The translations under genes were made by a program, and so were the position numbers. The notes below the pieces were generated by a model. It was not told where the DNA came from and searched no databases. It saw only the letters and a program-made list of their open reading frames with translations. From Carcharhinus longimanus (Eukaryota), in contig JASCQW010000119.1 in assembly GCA_030264375.1 (NCBI GenBank), forward strand, positions 9,563,659 to 9,627,658: a DNA stretch of 64,000 nucleotides. The letters are read 5' to 3'. Below, piece by piece: positions 25,901-39,164 of this stretch. Numbering within the stretch: position 1 is the stretch's first letter; the number at the start of each line of letters is the position of its first letter.

Positions 25901-26899
25901 GTAAGTCGCAGGAAAAAAAAAGTGTTGTGTTCCAGAACGCTGTTGACCATGAAGGAATGTTGAAAATGGATAAAGCCCCTGAAATTTCCTCGCTTGCTTC
26001 TCATTTGCTACACTATCCATTGGGAGCTGGAGATTTAGACACGGTTAATTTGTCATAATCTTGAAAACAATGTTAGTATTTCTACCAACTTACTGCTATG
26101 AATTGTAGCAATGTGCAACTAATTTGCATCAAACATACCTGTTTGACGAGAGTTACTTGATGTATAGTTTGCATTAATAACAAGTAAAATGTGTAGAAAA
26201 AAAAAATGATAACAATTCAGAAAAGTACCGAGGGAGCATACATGATTTTTGCTTTTCTTTGTAAGATGCAAAGATGCAGACAATTAACGAGGAGAATCAA
26301 TGCAGACAACTTTCCAAGAAATTCGACGTATTCGAAATATTACCAGCCTCACGATCCACACAGGAACGATTATATACCGAAGGGAAATGTCAATAAGTGG
26401 CACGTGGGGCTATTTAGGGGAGGAACATCAAGTTGTTCGGAGTGGAAAGTTTAAACAGTTATCTCAAAAGAGGGTGGTATACGAGACAGCAGGGATTTAC
26501 TCGGATGAACAATTCAGTGTCTCCTCGTAATGACGGTTGGAAACATGAACGCCGCTGATAGGTATCTGATAATAATGGTTGCATCGATAGCCACAACAGA
26601 AGGCCAGCCTAAACCTCGGAGTCATGGGTACATATTGTGGATACAACGAAGTGTGAACATTGTTAAACTCTCATTTGTAGCAGGTTTACTGATATGGAAG
26701 GTTTTCCCCTTTTCACACATAACACATTCTGCAGACCTAACCATCTGTTCAACTTGGCAGTGTTCCATTACGCTATTCAACTGAATAATATAAACATTAA
26801 ATTGACATCTTAAACTGCTTAATTTGAGGATCGCAATTCGTACATACGAAATTTGCCCCCGATTGTGTCATTGTTAGCCTGAACAGGGTAGTGTTGATA

Positions 26900-27590
26900 A
26901 AAAATAATAATACCAATATATTTACCTTCCTCTTTCTGCAATAGTGCGATTGCTGAGGAATACATAATTGGTTAACTGACACGAACGAAACATAGCGATC
27001 AATAAATCAAATCAGTTTTGTCTTGGAATAAAAAACGCATCTCTATCATTGCCAAGTGAATAACGTTAAATATTCAATGCAGAATTTTAGGTCATCAGTA
27101 TCGTCTTAAATATTGTACTACCTAAAAGCTATCAAACATAGTGCAGATGATGTGTCAAACGCATTCTCTTCACTGGCAGTTGAGGCATCCCGCGCCTTTG
27201 AGCGATGCATGTCTCTTCTTTCAGACATTCCTTTGGTGATCAGGTAAAACAAGGAAAGAGAAACACGGCACATTCATGATACAGCGATTTACCAGAAAGA
27301 TGTGAGTACAAATCTGATTTTAATTTTCCCTCGCTGTCTTTACGCCTATAAATAGGCAGCTGATGAAGATACCGCAATTTAAAATAGCAAGGCGACTCAG
27401 AAAACGATACACCGAAGGCATAATCGTTTTGTTGACAAATGACATGACCATTTTCTTCCAGTACAATAATTTGGTGAATACCGTCCCACATGGCATATGT
27501 GCAGCATCTAGATCAGTTTACTTCACAATGATAACTTTAGCTCTTCAACAACGAAATTCAACCCCTCTCATGCAAATAAACTAAAAGTCA
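26900..27590 (-). pseudogene. SLC9C1: SLC9C1-like CNBD segment (probably the 3' end of copy A)
   Basis: IHQIIVLEENGHVICQQNDYAFGVSFSESPCYFKL (ORF 27240-27491) vs [33 protein letters not shown]. Confidence 0.65.
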
Positions 27591-27599
27591 ATAAAAGTG

Positions 27600-28300
27600 A
27601 TTTGTTTACTAAATCCATGCTTGTGATCATTGATGAGACCACCTTCTTTTCAAATCAATGTTGATCTTGCATCCAAAAATGGTTTCTCATAATTTGTCAC
27701 AACCTGAGAGCCATGATTTTTTTTTTCATTTGACCGACTGTTTTTTTTTAATCAACAACATTTTTTTTTTACTGAAAACGTAATAATGCACGGGATTCCA
27801 ATCAATGCGTAAACATACTGAACAATCCATACATTTTTCTATCGACTTCAATTCCTGGCAACCAAACTCATAAGGCATACGAGCAACATGCCTTGACAAC
27901 CTCTTTGGTTTCCCTGACAAATTATCCACCACGATAAGGACATATTAGGTTAAACTTTCCAAAAGCATGAATCCACCCACTTATGCTGAACTCAGACATG
28001 CACCTCTTCTCTTTTCACGCATTGTCCCTTCACATTCACAACATCCACGCTATTAGTTTGTCAAGAAATTCGCATTGCGTAAAACGTGTTATTCATATGT
28101 GCTTTAGCTTTCATATGCCTAACATTCTGCGTAGAAATTGTTGGTTCCGGTTGCCCCAAAACTATTGATTAAATTAAGGTCCTAATAGAGGACACTGTCT
28201 CAAGCTGGCGGGGCAAACATAAAGTTATAGCGAACAAGTGGAAGATTGGCGCAATTTTGTGAGGTGATAATATTGAACTCCAAGTACCACGCACATGAGG
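27600..28300 (-). mobile_element. Degraded Gypsy integrase zinc-finger region plus a short CR1 piece
   Basis: VWLPGIEVD/IEKCMDCSVC resembles WWPGIDxDIE..C..C; 27600-27710 resembles CR1 GLINDHKHGF. Confidence 0.45.
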
Positions 28301-28402
28301 ATGACCTTAACCAGGATCTTGAGTACATGCCACACTTTCGGTACCCTTCACGGCTTGCAAGATGTCACTGAGTGTCCTCGGTGGAGACAATAAACATACG
28401 AA

Positions 28403-28496
28403 CGTAAGAAACATAAGAAATAGGAGCAGGAGTAGGCCATCTCGCCTTTCGAACCTGCCCCGCCATTTAATAAGATCATGGCTGATCTGAAGTGGA
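28403..28496 (-). mobile_element. Young CR1 3' end followed by a gap
   Basis: AAGAAATAGGAGCAGGAGTAGGCCAT..GATCATGGCTGATC. Confidence 0.88.
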
Positions 28497-28596
28497 NNNN
28501 NNNNNNNNNNNNNNNNNNNNNNNNNNNNNNNNNNNNNNNNNNNNNNNNNNNNNNNNNNNNNNNNNNNNNNNNNNNNNNNNNNNNNNNNNNNNNNNN

Positions 28597-30920
28597 AAAT
28601 TGGGAGCTCAAGTTTGGCTACATGGAAAATGTACAACAATTCGAAAAACCTCTTCCACTGAACAACTTGGTATCTATAGGTTCAAGTGACACACTGCAAG
28701 TGTGTTCGACGGAAATTAAGCACCAATCAACAACAGCATATTAAAATAGTCTCCACTTTTTTTTTGGAAACTCGTCTCAACGCTTTCTCGCTCCTACATC
28801 AATGGAAGTGCAATTACTTGAGAAGGCTTCGTTTACCATTACTCAAACTTGCAGATCTTCCAAACGGATTCTTCAGGGTTTCTACCGCAAGTTGTGCCAG
28901 TTGACTTCATTTCTGATAAAATAAACAGGGGCAAGAGTATTTCCATAATAGACAATTGATACATGAGCATCACGATGTATTCTGCATCGTGGAAAGTTGC
29001 GTGATTACTGGTTTGGCGTGTAGAATGTGATTGCGGCAACCTGCAGGAAATATTGGAACAAAAGCTTCAGTTTTAACATATTCATGGAACTTAGCACCCA
29101 TGGCCAGACAGCACGGTTCAACGTATCCTGCGAAAATAAACAAAACACAATCTTTGAAAAAAATATTTTGATAATCGACTTATTGCAAGTCCTCCTTTTT
29201 TTTCTTGCCATGTCTTTCTTCATTACTGGGACATGGGCGTAGCTGACTGGCCAAAATTTATTGTCCATTCCTAGTTGCTCTCGGGAACGCGGTGTTGAGC
29301 TGCCTTCATGAATTGTTGCAGTCCCCGTACTGCAGGATGAAGCACAATGCCGTTATGAAGGGAATTGCGAGATTTTGACCCAGCGACTGTGAAAGAACGG
29401 CTGAATTATCCCAAGAGTGGTTTGAAGCGGAACATGCAGGTGGCGGTGTTCCCATGCCTCTCCCGCCTTTGTCCTTACAGTTGAAGTGGTTGGGTTTGGA
29501 AGGTACTGCCGAAATAAAACAACTTTGTGAATTGCTGTAGTGCTTCGTGTCGGCAGTGGCACACTGACGCTGCTGAGTGGAAATGGTGGAGGGACTGAAA
29601 TGTGTACATACTTTGCCAAGCAAGTAGGCTCTTTTTTTAAATCCTGGATGGCGTCAAACACCTTGTGTGTTTTTGGAGCTGCACCCATCCAGATAACGAG
29701 GACGTATTTCATCACAATCTTGGCTTGCGACTTGTTTATGGTGGATAGGACTTGGGGAGTCTGGAGATGAGTTACGCGCCACAGTACTCCTCGCCTCTGA
29801 GTGCTATGTAGTTACTGTGTTAATGTGGTGAGTCCAGTTGAGTTTCGGGCCAATGGTAACCCCAGCATGTTGAAATGGGGATTTCAGTGATGTACCATCA
29901 CTGAATGTCAAGGGGCAGTTGTTACGGTGCTTTTTTTGGTCTTGACATTTGTGTGCCATGAATGTTACCTTTTGTTCAGTCATTCTTCACTTATACTCCA
30001 AACCACGCTGGTGCGAAATCGGCCCAAGCCTGCTTAAATTGAATTGCTAACTTTAGACGTTTCACATATCAAGGAACTGCTCGGAACACACACACATAAA
30101 TGCATCAGCGTTTCGAGGTCGTTCAAATGGCAACTGCATTGTTGTGCATCACATTACACATTTTAACCATATTTCCTGCTATAAATTGCAAACCAGATGG
30201 AGTGTTATGCCAATATATAATGTTTTCTTGGTCATTGTTAGAATTCTAACTTAACATTTCTATTTAATTCGAATTGCACCACCTGCCACGTTTGGAATCG
30301 AACGCTGTATAACCCTTCATTTAAGAATACATGCCCAATGATAAGACCATTACCCCAACCACTCAGAAAATCGACACATCTCTACATATTTCCTTGCCAA
30401 CAATTGAAGAATTATTCTTAGTATGCCGCAAACTTTCCTTTCAATAATTCACGGATAGATTTGTAAGTTCATTAGGACTACCTTCTAGAGCCTACTTGCT
30501 AATTTCCGAAAAGAAAAGCATCACCCTTATTTAGCATCTCCAATTTTCATCAATGCCACTGGTGTTAGTCATTATTAATAAACCAACGCCGCTCCCGCCA
30601 TCCCAGAATACTGAGTACCCATCCAATCGCAGATTCAGCACTGCAATCTGGCTTTCTGAGCTTTGCTCCAGAAACTGAAAGTCGATTAAGTATTATTCTT
30701 TTTGGTATTTTCAGCCTAGGATGGCAATTTGGAATCCCATCTCCTCGACCAATGCACAACCTGTACGCTGTCGCAATCGCAGTGGAGTGGGATGGAAATA
30801 CCTGACCTCCCCCGTTGACAAGTGATTTTGATCATTCTACAGATTTGTTTTTCCATCCGGCGAACAACACGTGCTGTTTCGGCTTATGTCAAAGATGCCT
30901 TGTTCTGTTGAGTAGCTCGT
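28597..30920 (-). pseudogene. SLC9C1: SLC9C1-like pseudogene copy A (NHE C-half to pre-VSD)
   Basis: ICDWMG and VGLLIMTNTS (30560-30635) vs ICELVG..VGLLLNSTS. MYS*MKG (30311-30332) vs VCSEMKG. PCCLAMGA..ITQLSTMQNT (28970-29116) vs PKRLAMAG..IEKAITLENP. EESVWK vs KISYWK. High DNA identity to copy B. Confidence 0.82.
29215..29960 (-). mobile_element. L2/CR1-group LINE 3' end (shared with copy B)
   Basis: MMKYVLVIWMGAAPKTHKVFDAIQD (MEYSPLAWMGAAPTTLKKLDTIQD type) and shark LINE 3' tail. Confidence 0.8.
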
Positions 30921-31014
30921 TTAAGAACATATGAAAAAGGAGCAGGAGTAGGCCATCTAGCCCTTCGAGCCTGTCCCGCCATTCAATAAGATCATGGCTG
31001 ATCTGAAGTGGATC
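30921..31014 (-). mobile_element. Young CR1 3' end followed by a gap
   Basis: Same tail as at 28403. Confidence 0.88.
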
Positions 31015-31119
31015 NNNNNNNNNNNNNNNNNNNNNNNNNNNNNNNNNNNNNNNNNNNNNNNNNNNNNNNNNNNNNNNNNNNNNNNNNNNNNNNNNNNNNN
31101 NNNNNNNNNNNNNNATTTT

Positions 31120-34100
31120 AATTATTAACGTCTCACCAACAGACCAATGCCACTTTTGCTTCAGAATGTATTGGCAACCGCATGGTGAAATAAAAATACT
31201 TAGGACAGATTTTATTATCTGCGCGCACACACCCACCCTAATAAGTAAAAGGGGATTCAGGAAGAAGGTGGAGACATAAATATGTGTGTCCCAGAGATTG
31301 TATACTTCGCCGTAAGTGTCCTGTATTTATCGAGCTACCCCTTGGTTTTGCTTTTATCTGCCATTGAGTTTCGACAGTGGCGACCAGTTAAAAGAAAGAA
31401 CACGTTGGAGTCTTTTGATCAAAGACAGCAAAACCTGTGAAAAATAAATTTCAATACATGCACATGGGGCAGGATGAGCCTGGTGAAGCGCAATGGAACA
31501 GTGCATTTGGGACCCATGAATGATGTCATTATTGATAAAAAGTACAATTCCTTAAATAATTGGTGTTTCAAACTGTTGTGAGAATCAAAGCATATCAATA
31601 ATGAAAATCATGGAACTGTGTGCGATGGGAGAAATAAATATTAATCCCATGACTGCCGCTTTGTATATTCATTACAACGTGGCAGAAGGTTTAATGTAAA
31701 TAAAATATACGCACGCAATGTTCCACGGAGAATGCCAGAAATGTGCACCTCAAAACAGGAAAGCTATTTTGTTTCTATGTTTCTATTTGTTTTGCTAGTT
31801 TCCGGTCGTGCATGTATTTCTGACAGGTATTTACATGCAATAATCGGGGAATTGCGGAATCTTCATTTGGCATTGTGCAGCTTCATATGTAGCACTCGGT
31901 ACTTACAAGAAAGTTAATGATTTGTTTTTTTTTTCCGAAATTAATTTGGCAATATTTCTCCTCATAAATGATGTCGCAAGTCATTAAGTAAATTCGGTAC
32001 GAGATGTGCTGCTCCAACTTCATCTGGATCAAATTGTGCCATTTGAGAAGAAATCACATTTCGATCATGGGCATAATAAATCTGAAAACACATTCAATGA
32101 CGTATTTGTCATATTGTTTCTCCTGTACAGGCATTTCATCTGGTCCTAACTCAAATCAGTTACTTCGAGTTGTACCGAATTGCAACAAAGAGATAGCATT
32201 TCATGGCTTTTGTTGCACTGTTCCATAATGATGTGTGACTTTTTTTTTCAGAAGTACGACCTGTCGTCTTTACTCTTGCAAAGACACTGCATAAAAGGCT
32301 AGTGCAGTGGCTGATGGCTTAGCATTATGAGAACACGATGCTGAAATATTCTGTGTTCCCTGGACTTTACCTCAGCAAAACAACTTCCTGGGTTACAATC
32401 GAGAAATAAACGATTGCATTGTGGAATAAAATGGTAACATTGGACTGAGTCAGAGCTTTGCTGGTTCAAATCAAATCGACTGGAAAAGTGCCGTTCATTA
32501 TATCAGAATGTGCATAAATGCCCACTGGGCAAACCTATGATGGGTGTACCTGGCTGACCTGTGAGATTGTAAAGACTACTGAAGACTGAACTCCATTTTG
32601 GAGTCATCACATAATACGTGTATTTTTTTTGCAACTGGAGATGATTGGATCGTCATCTCTGTCCAGCAAAAAAAATGATGTTAGATTTCACATCGAGAAA
32701 TGCCAGTATGTTTATTTCGGATGAAATATCAATGAGTTATTTGATCTAGAATAATTGTTTCGGATTGGGTTATCAGATCTAATGATTCATTCTGGAAACG
32801 ATGTCAATGAAGTAATTCTGAATCGGGTAATGTAACAGAAAATGTTCTCATCAACATGAAAAATCTCGAGAGATGCATTAAAATTGGAAGCTAAAGTTTG
32901 GTTACATGGAAAATGTACAACAAATTGAGAAATCCCGTCCACTGCACAACTTGGTATCTGTAGGTTCAAGTGATACACTGCAATTGCGTTCAACGGAAAT
33001 TAAGCAACAATCAACAACAGCATATTAAAATAGTTTCTACTTTTTTTTTTGGAAACTCATCCCAACGCTTTCTCATTCCTACATCAGTGGAACTGCAATT
33101 ACTTGAGAAGGTTTCGTTAACCATCACTCAAACTTGCACATCTTCCAAACGGATTCTTCAGTGTTTCTACCCGAAGATATGCCTTTTGAATTAATTTCTA
33201 ATAAACGTAAAAGAAACAAGAGCAAATGTTTTTTTTTTCATAATGAACAATTGATACATGAGCATCACGATGTATTCTGCATCGTGGAAAGTTGCGTGGT
33301 TACTGGTTTGGCGTGTAGAATGTGATTGCGGCAACCTGTAGGAAATATTGGAACAAAAGCTTCAGTTTTAACATATTCATAGAGCTCAGCACCCATGGCC
33401 AGGCGACACGGTTCAACTTATCCTGCGAAAATAAAACACAATCTTTGAAAAAATATGTTAATTATACAGTATATTTTGATAATCGTCTTATTGCAAGTCT
33501 TCCTTCTGATTTTATTTTTTGCCATGTCTTTCTTCATTACTGGAGCATGGGCGTCGCTGACTGGCCAGCATTTACTGTCCATCCCTAGTTGCCCTTGGGA
33601 ACGCGGAACTGATCTGCCTTCATGAATTGTTGCAGTCTTCGTATTGCAGATTGAACCACAATACCGTTATGAAGGGAACTGCAAGATTTTGAGCCAGCCA
33701 CTGTGAAAGAACGGCTATATTATTCCATTCGTGGCTTGAACTGGAACGTGCAGGTGGTGGTTTCCCCATGTATCTCCCGCCCTTGTCCTTCTGGATGGAA
33801 GTGGTCGTGGGTTTGGAAGGTTCTACCGAAAAATCTTTGGGAATTGCTATAGTGCGTCTTTTCGTCAGTGGCACTGCCGCTACGGAGCGTAGGTGGTGGA
33901 GGGACTGAAGTTTGTACATACTTTGCCATCAAGTAGGCTTTTTTTATCCTGGATGACGTCAAGCACCTTGAGTGTTTTTGGAGCTGCACCCATCCAGATA
34001 AAAAGGGCGTATTCCATCACAATCTTGACTTGCGACTTGGTGGATAGGACTTGGGGAGTCTGGAGATGAGTTACTCGCCGAAGTATTCCTCGCCACTGAG

Positions 34101-35800
34101 CGCTATGTAGTTACTGTATTAATGTGGTGAGTCCAGTTGAGATTCTGGCCGTTGGTAACCCCAGTATGTTGATATGGGGAATTCAGTGATGTACCATCAC
34201 TGAATGTGAAGGAAAAGTTGTTACGGTGCTTCGTTTTGGTGCTAGCATTTGTGTGCCGTGAATGTTAATTTTTGGTGAGTCATTCTTCACTGAAACACTA
34301 AATCACGCTGGTACTAAATTGGCCCAAGCCTGCTTAAATTGAATAGCTGACTTTAGATGTTCCACATATCACAGAGCTGCTTGAAGTATGAAAAACAAGC
34401 ATCAGCGTTTCGTGGTAGTTCAAGTGTCAACTGCGTTGGTGTACATCACATTACGCATTTTAACCATAGGTCCGACTATGCATTGCAAACCAGATGGAAT
34501 GCTATGCCAATACATACTGTTTTAGTGGTCATAGTTAGAATTCTAACTTAACATTTCTATTTAATTCGAATTGCACCACTTTCCGCGTTTGTAATCGAAA
34601 CGCTGTATAACGCTTCATTTAAGAATACATGTCTAATGATAGGACCATTACCGCAACCACTCGGAAAATCGACACTTCTATACTTATTTCCTTGTCAACA
34701 ATTGACGAATTATTCTTAATATGCCATAAACTTTCCGTTCAATGATTCATGTATAGATTTGGAAGTTCATTAGGACTACCTTCAAGAGCCTACTTGTTAA
34801 TTTCCGAAAAGAAAAGCATCACCCTTATTTAGCATCTCCAATTTTTATCAATGCCACTGGTGTTAATCACTATTAATAACCCAACGCCGCGGGCGCATTC
34901 CCAGAATACTGAGTACCCGTCAAATCGCAGATTCAGCACTCCTATGTGGCTGTTTCAACATTGATCCAAAAACAGAAATTCTGTTCAGTATTGTTCTTTT
35001 TGGTATTCTCTGCGTAGGACGGCAATTTATAATTACATCTCCCCCAACAATGCACAACCTGTACGCTGTCGCAATCACAGTGGAGTGAGATGGATATACC
35101 TGAACTCCACAGCTGACAAGTGGTTTTGATCATTCGACAGATATTTTTTATTTCCGTCCGGCGAAGCACACGTGCTGTTTCGGTTTATGTCAAAGATGCC
35201 TTGTTCTGTTGACTTGCTCGTTTATAACAGATTCTGCATTTTGTTAAACTGCAGATTGGCCATTTCTACTCACCTGTTCGACATGGCACTCGCCCAGAAA
35301 TTTAAAATAATCAGGCCATGCACTTCAACATACTGAACAGTTAACTGTCCAATAGCACATCCGTTCCCATCTTCATGCTGTGTTTCACTTTCATAGGTCG
35401 GGCCTCCTTCGCATTCCTCTTGAAATGCCTCCTCGGCTGACTGTTACATTGAGTGCGTCATTCACATAGAGTCTGCCAATCGGCCGGACAAAATCATGTA
35501 GTTTTACTGTGCTTCAGAATCAGCTGTTCTTATTGTTTAAAGCAAAGCACTATCTAACTCAGAATTTGTTTTGAATACAATAACTGAATCTAAACATGAA
35601 CGTATGTTTTTAACACTGGAAAAATTCGAAAATTATTCTGATGGTAGAGATTAATTCTTACGGAACAATTGCTTCACTTCTTAGTAATAATCACTTAAAG
35701 TTCGTTGAAAAATGAAAAGAACATATCGATTTCCATGTAACGAGGCATGCAATCATTATTCAATACGTACCCGCTGATCTTAAAACTTCATTGAACCTTT
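31120..35800 (-). pseudogene. SLC9C1: SLC9C1-like pseudogene copy B (NHE, VSD, post-VSD helices)
   Basis: STVKLHDFVRPIG (~35470-35510) vs FAMDVHTFMRSFS. PCRLAMGA (~33400). VSD S1-S3 in 31907-32558 (TFPV..YFSIVTQEV..FLLKWHNL). LLSLIKRLQRVLSFNW (31385-31430) vs LLQIIDKRMSHQKTFWY. HHAVANTF*SKSGI (31145-31190) vs HPEIAVTVKTKEEI. Confidence 0.85.
33530..34270 (-). mobile_element. L2/CR1-group LINE 3' end (paralog of 29215-29960)
   Basis: LQSLHHLRSVAAV; same insertion point within the duplicated block. Confidence 0.8.
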
Positions 35801-35834
35801 CCAGCTCTGAAACACATGTCATAGCATTCTGTCA

Positions 35835-36260
35835 GAGAGTCATAGTGTCATAAACGTTTACTAAATGGAAACAGGCCATCCGGCCCAACTTGTCCATGTC
35901 GGCCTTTTTAAACACTAAACTAATCCCAATTGCCCGTATTTGGCCCTTATCACTGAATACGCATCTTACCCATGCAAATTTCTGAATGTTTTTTAAAACA
36001 CAAAATTGCACCCTTCCTACCACTACCTCTGATAGCTTGTTCCAGGCATTTTCCACCCTCTGTGGAAAGAAATTGTCCTTCTGGACACTTTTGCTTGTCG
36101 CCCTTCTCACCCTAAACCTATGCCCACTTGTTTTAGACTCCACTACCGTTGGACAAAGATACGGACTATCTTCCTGATCTGTCCCCTTCGTTATATTATG
36201 GCATTCTGAAAGAGCCTCCTATGCTCCAGAGAGAGAGAAAAAGCATGTCCCAGTCAAACT
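35835..36260 (-). mobile_element. CR1/HER1 LINE 3' end
   Basis: ESKTSGHRFRVR..NFFPQRVENAWNKL plus tail. Confidence 0.88.
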
Positions 36261-37601
36261 CCAAAAACACTCTCACACCGTCAGGCAGCACTCACCCTGT
36301 GGACAGAGCAGCAATAATTCGTTTCTGTTTTTCTCGAAATGTTTTTTTTGACCTGTAATGCCATGGAACTCGTTTGAATCAATTGTACGATTGGACAGAC
36401 GGAGTTGAATACCTTTCTGTCTCAGATTAAGAAACAATAGACATTATCTTGTTGTAGAAAGTTTGTCGATAGGGACATTCCAAGGCCAGGCTAAATTATA
36501 GAGCTAAACCACCCCGATATATTGCAGATCCAGATAGGCGGGCACAATGAGACGACGCAAAGAAGTGAGCACCAGAGTGCCATCAAAGGAAAACTGTAAA
36601 TACATTGGTTGAAGTGAACTGAATTTAAAGCGCCTCTCTTAATTTCTGTGAGATTAAAGTTGAGTAGATGATTTATAAGGAAGTAAATAAAAACGGATAA
36701 ACTTTAATAGCAAATTGAAACATAATCAAAGTATTGATTCGGGGTCAGTTGACGATCTGTACGTGAACCATATGAAACTTCTGTACACCATCACCGTTCC
36801 GCATGAGTAGGCATTATGCAGGTGTTGCATTAACGAGGAACTGTGGTTAAGAATCATGATTTGGTGCCAGATCCACAAATATGGTGATGCGTCAGGTAAG
36901 GGGAGAGTTCAATTGATGCTATGTTTCAGAAGACAATCAAACCACAAGGAATAACGACCATGAATTCGGCAAGTAGTCATGGGAAGGATGCAGCGATTAC
37001 AATTCAAGCATTTAGAGAGATCCACAGGCATGCGTTCCAGGAGACTTCGCCCTTGTCCATGACAAAACGTGTTGTGTTTCATGGACACTGTTTGCATAAA
37101 TCTGAGCATAATGTCCTGATATCGGAAAAAAATCAGGTCGGGTTAGAAAGGTGAATTATAACTTAATTAGTGATCTGTTAGTCTGAGGCATAGACACTAT
37201 ACACTTTGGCCCTGATGGAGATACTGTTCATATTGGCTGGCCACTGCAAGTGTTCAGAACATCCAAGATAATGCTCAGAGAACTGAAGAGGGATGAAAAT
37301 ATGGATTGTTGTTATACTGAAGGAATGCGAACAGCCAAGAACCAAATTAAGTAACGTAACAGAAACGATAATAATATCTGAACCAAGAGATAATTGGCAT
37401 GAGCCACGAGATAAATGCTAACTGTCTATAAGTATGCAGAGGTAAATGCGTGGCTCACACGTTCGCGTAGGGGAAATATGTTCTATTTATTGATACATTA
37501 GCAACCGAACATTTCCTTCAGGTACATTCCAAATGAATCATGTTGGCACAAGCGTCCAGGTAAATCGCAGTACTCTGATCATAGAGGGATTTTTTTTTGC
37601 T

Positions 37602-37602
<1 letters not shown>

Positions 37603-37634
<32 letters not shown>

Positions 37635-37646
37635 TTGTGCGTGTGT
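37603..37646. repeat. (TG)n microsatellite
   Basis: Directly visible. Confidence 0.95.
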
Positions 37647-38819
37647 ATCGTATCAGGGCGTCAGGGTGAAGTAAAGTTGCATGTGACAATAAGAAGAATA
37701 ACCTTTAAGGAGAGGGTAAAAATGAATGTTAGTGATTAGTCCCATTGTTAGCAATAAATAAAATGAAATGACAGAAGATGTCAACATTGTTTGACATAAG
37801 CGAATCAGGCAAGTGAAATGAGTTATGGTCATTAAATAAAGTGTAAAGGCTCTGGGCCAGAATTTTGGACGGATTAGGGAATAAAACGAAGTCAGTTAAC
37901 ACGAAAAAAGTAGGCACATGGATTGTTTCGCAGATCTTCACTGAGAGGCCATTGCCGGAAAACGTGGTTTGACATTTATATATCCAGAGGTGTTGAGTAC
38001 CTCGTAAGCATAGACTCATATCAATTTGAGGCTGTGCTGATTTGATACGGAATAAAGAGAGCAAATTTGTGGTGAAAAAATATAAAAAAGTTCCGGAGAG
38101 CAAGATGCAGAATAGTTTTGAAAGTGTTACGATACATAATTGACACACTGTTCTACTTTGGAAATAGTCGTCAAACCCTGCAATTGATTTTTATACGAAG
38201 GTGAGCAAACAATGTGTTTCACTTGGCCTCTTATATATAACTTAGAACACATATACAATATATTAAAAAAAAACTACAAAGTTACAAATAAATTAAGCTT
38301 TGACCTTGAAATGTATAATCCTGAGTAACTTTCAATATTTATTTTTCCAATGTGCAGCGGTCCATATACATGATCCTATCTCTGGAACAAGTTTGCATAT
38401 GAAAATAAATGTTTACTTTGATGCTGTATATTCAGTTTTTTTTGTATTATTGTTACTGCTGGACAGAGAAATTTTGAAAGCAGAAGGTGTCGGAGAAAAA
38501 TCCACACTCATGGAACAGAATTTCAGCGGAATACACGGATTCCCTAACACGCTCCAATGAGAAACTTCAGAGGAGGCCAGAGGGCGGGCGGAGTCGCGGA
38601 GGGGGGTGGGGGGAGGGTGGCGAGCGCAGCTGTTTCTCAACTGGAATTGGGTGGAGAATAGACTTTTTGAAGACATTTGCCTAGATGCGCCACTAAAACT
38701 TAATTCACATGATAAGATCACGTGGAGTTAGGAATGACGTAATACCTTGTGAAAAACCAGAACACAGAAAGTTGGGATATATGGGCCTTTTTTTTTTCGG
38801 TTGGCACGGGGGACTACGT

Positions 38820-39150
38820 GAGGGGTCATAGTATTAGTTCTTGGGCTACCAAATAATTATGCTGCATATGATTGACATGGAGTCCAGGATGTAAGATAGC
38901 ACAGCTAATATGTAGTTAACAGAAAAGAAATAGGGAATTAAAATCATAAAACAAAGTTGCATTTTCAATTTAATATTATTGTTGGATGGGCCAACATTTG
39001 CTGCATGGAATTGAACATTGAAACACACGAATTTATCGATTTTGGTCGGAAAAATACGATGGAAAGGCAGTTTAATTCTAAACTGAAAGAAACTTCAGAG
39101 TGTTCGGCTACAGAAGTTTTGGTTGTGCTCGTGTATAATTGCAACAAACT
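38820..39150 (+). mobile_element. Old CR1 RT fragment
   Basis: WANICCMELNIETHEFIDFGRKN resembles WADxWQMEFNVEKCEVIHFGRKN. Confidence 0.7.
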
Positions 39151-39164
39151 TGGAACTAAAAGAA

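Larger units (their letters stand above)
23440..26600 (+). pseudogene. Cyclic-nucleotide-regulated (CNG/KCNH/CNGK-type) 6TM channel pseudogene
   Basis: Collinear remnants: S1 KTWSLST*FAVL..PQWTSF (23455-23530); VNYLSSYCYPYDI..TYPLNL (24604-24668, HYLxxxFxxD..P); S4 MRLNTARIR (24715); pore LTLLNSGYFGLP (25003-25040); C-linker/CNBD FLCKMQ..TFQEI..IHTGTIIYRRE..AGIYSDE (26254-26510). Confidence 0.6.

Noticed and set aside
31907-33422. Minus-strand spliced model giving an unknown protein (..ETLKNPFG..GQPG..RFD..IYYAHDRN)
   Set aside because: Alternative frames of the same blocks match SLC9C1 helices and VSD collinearly, and this frame contains stops.
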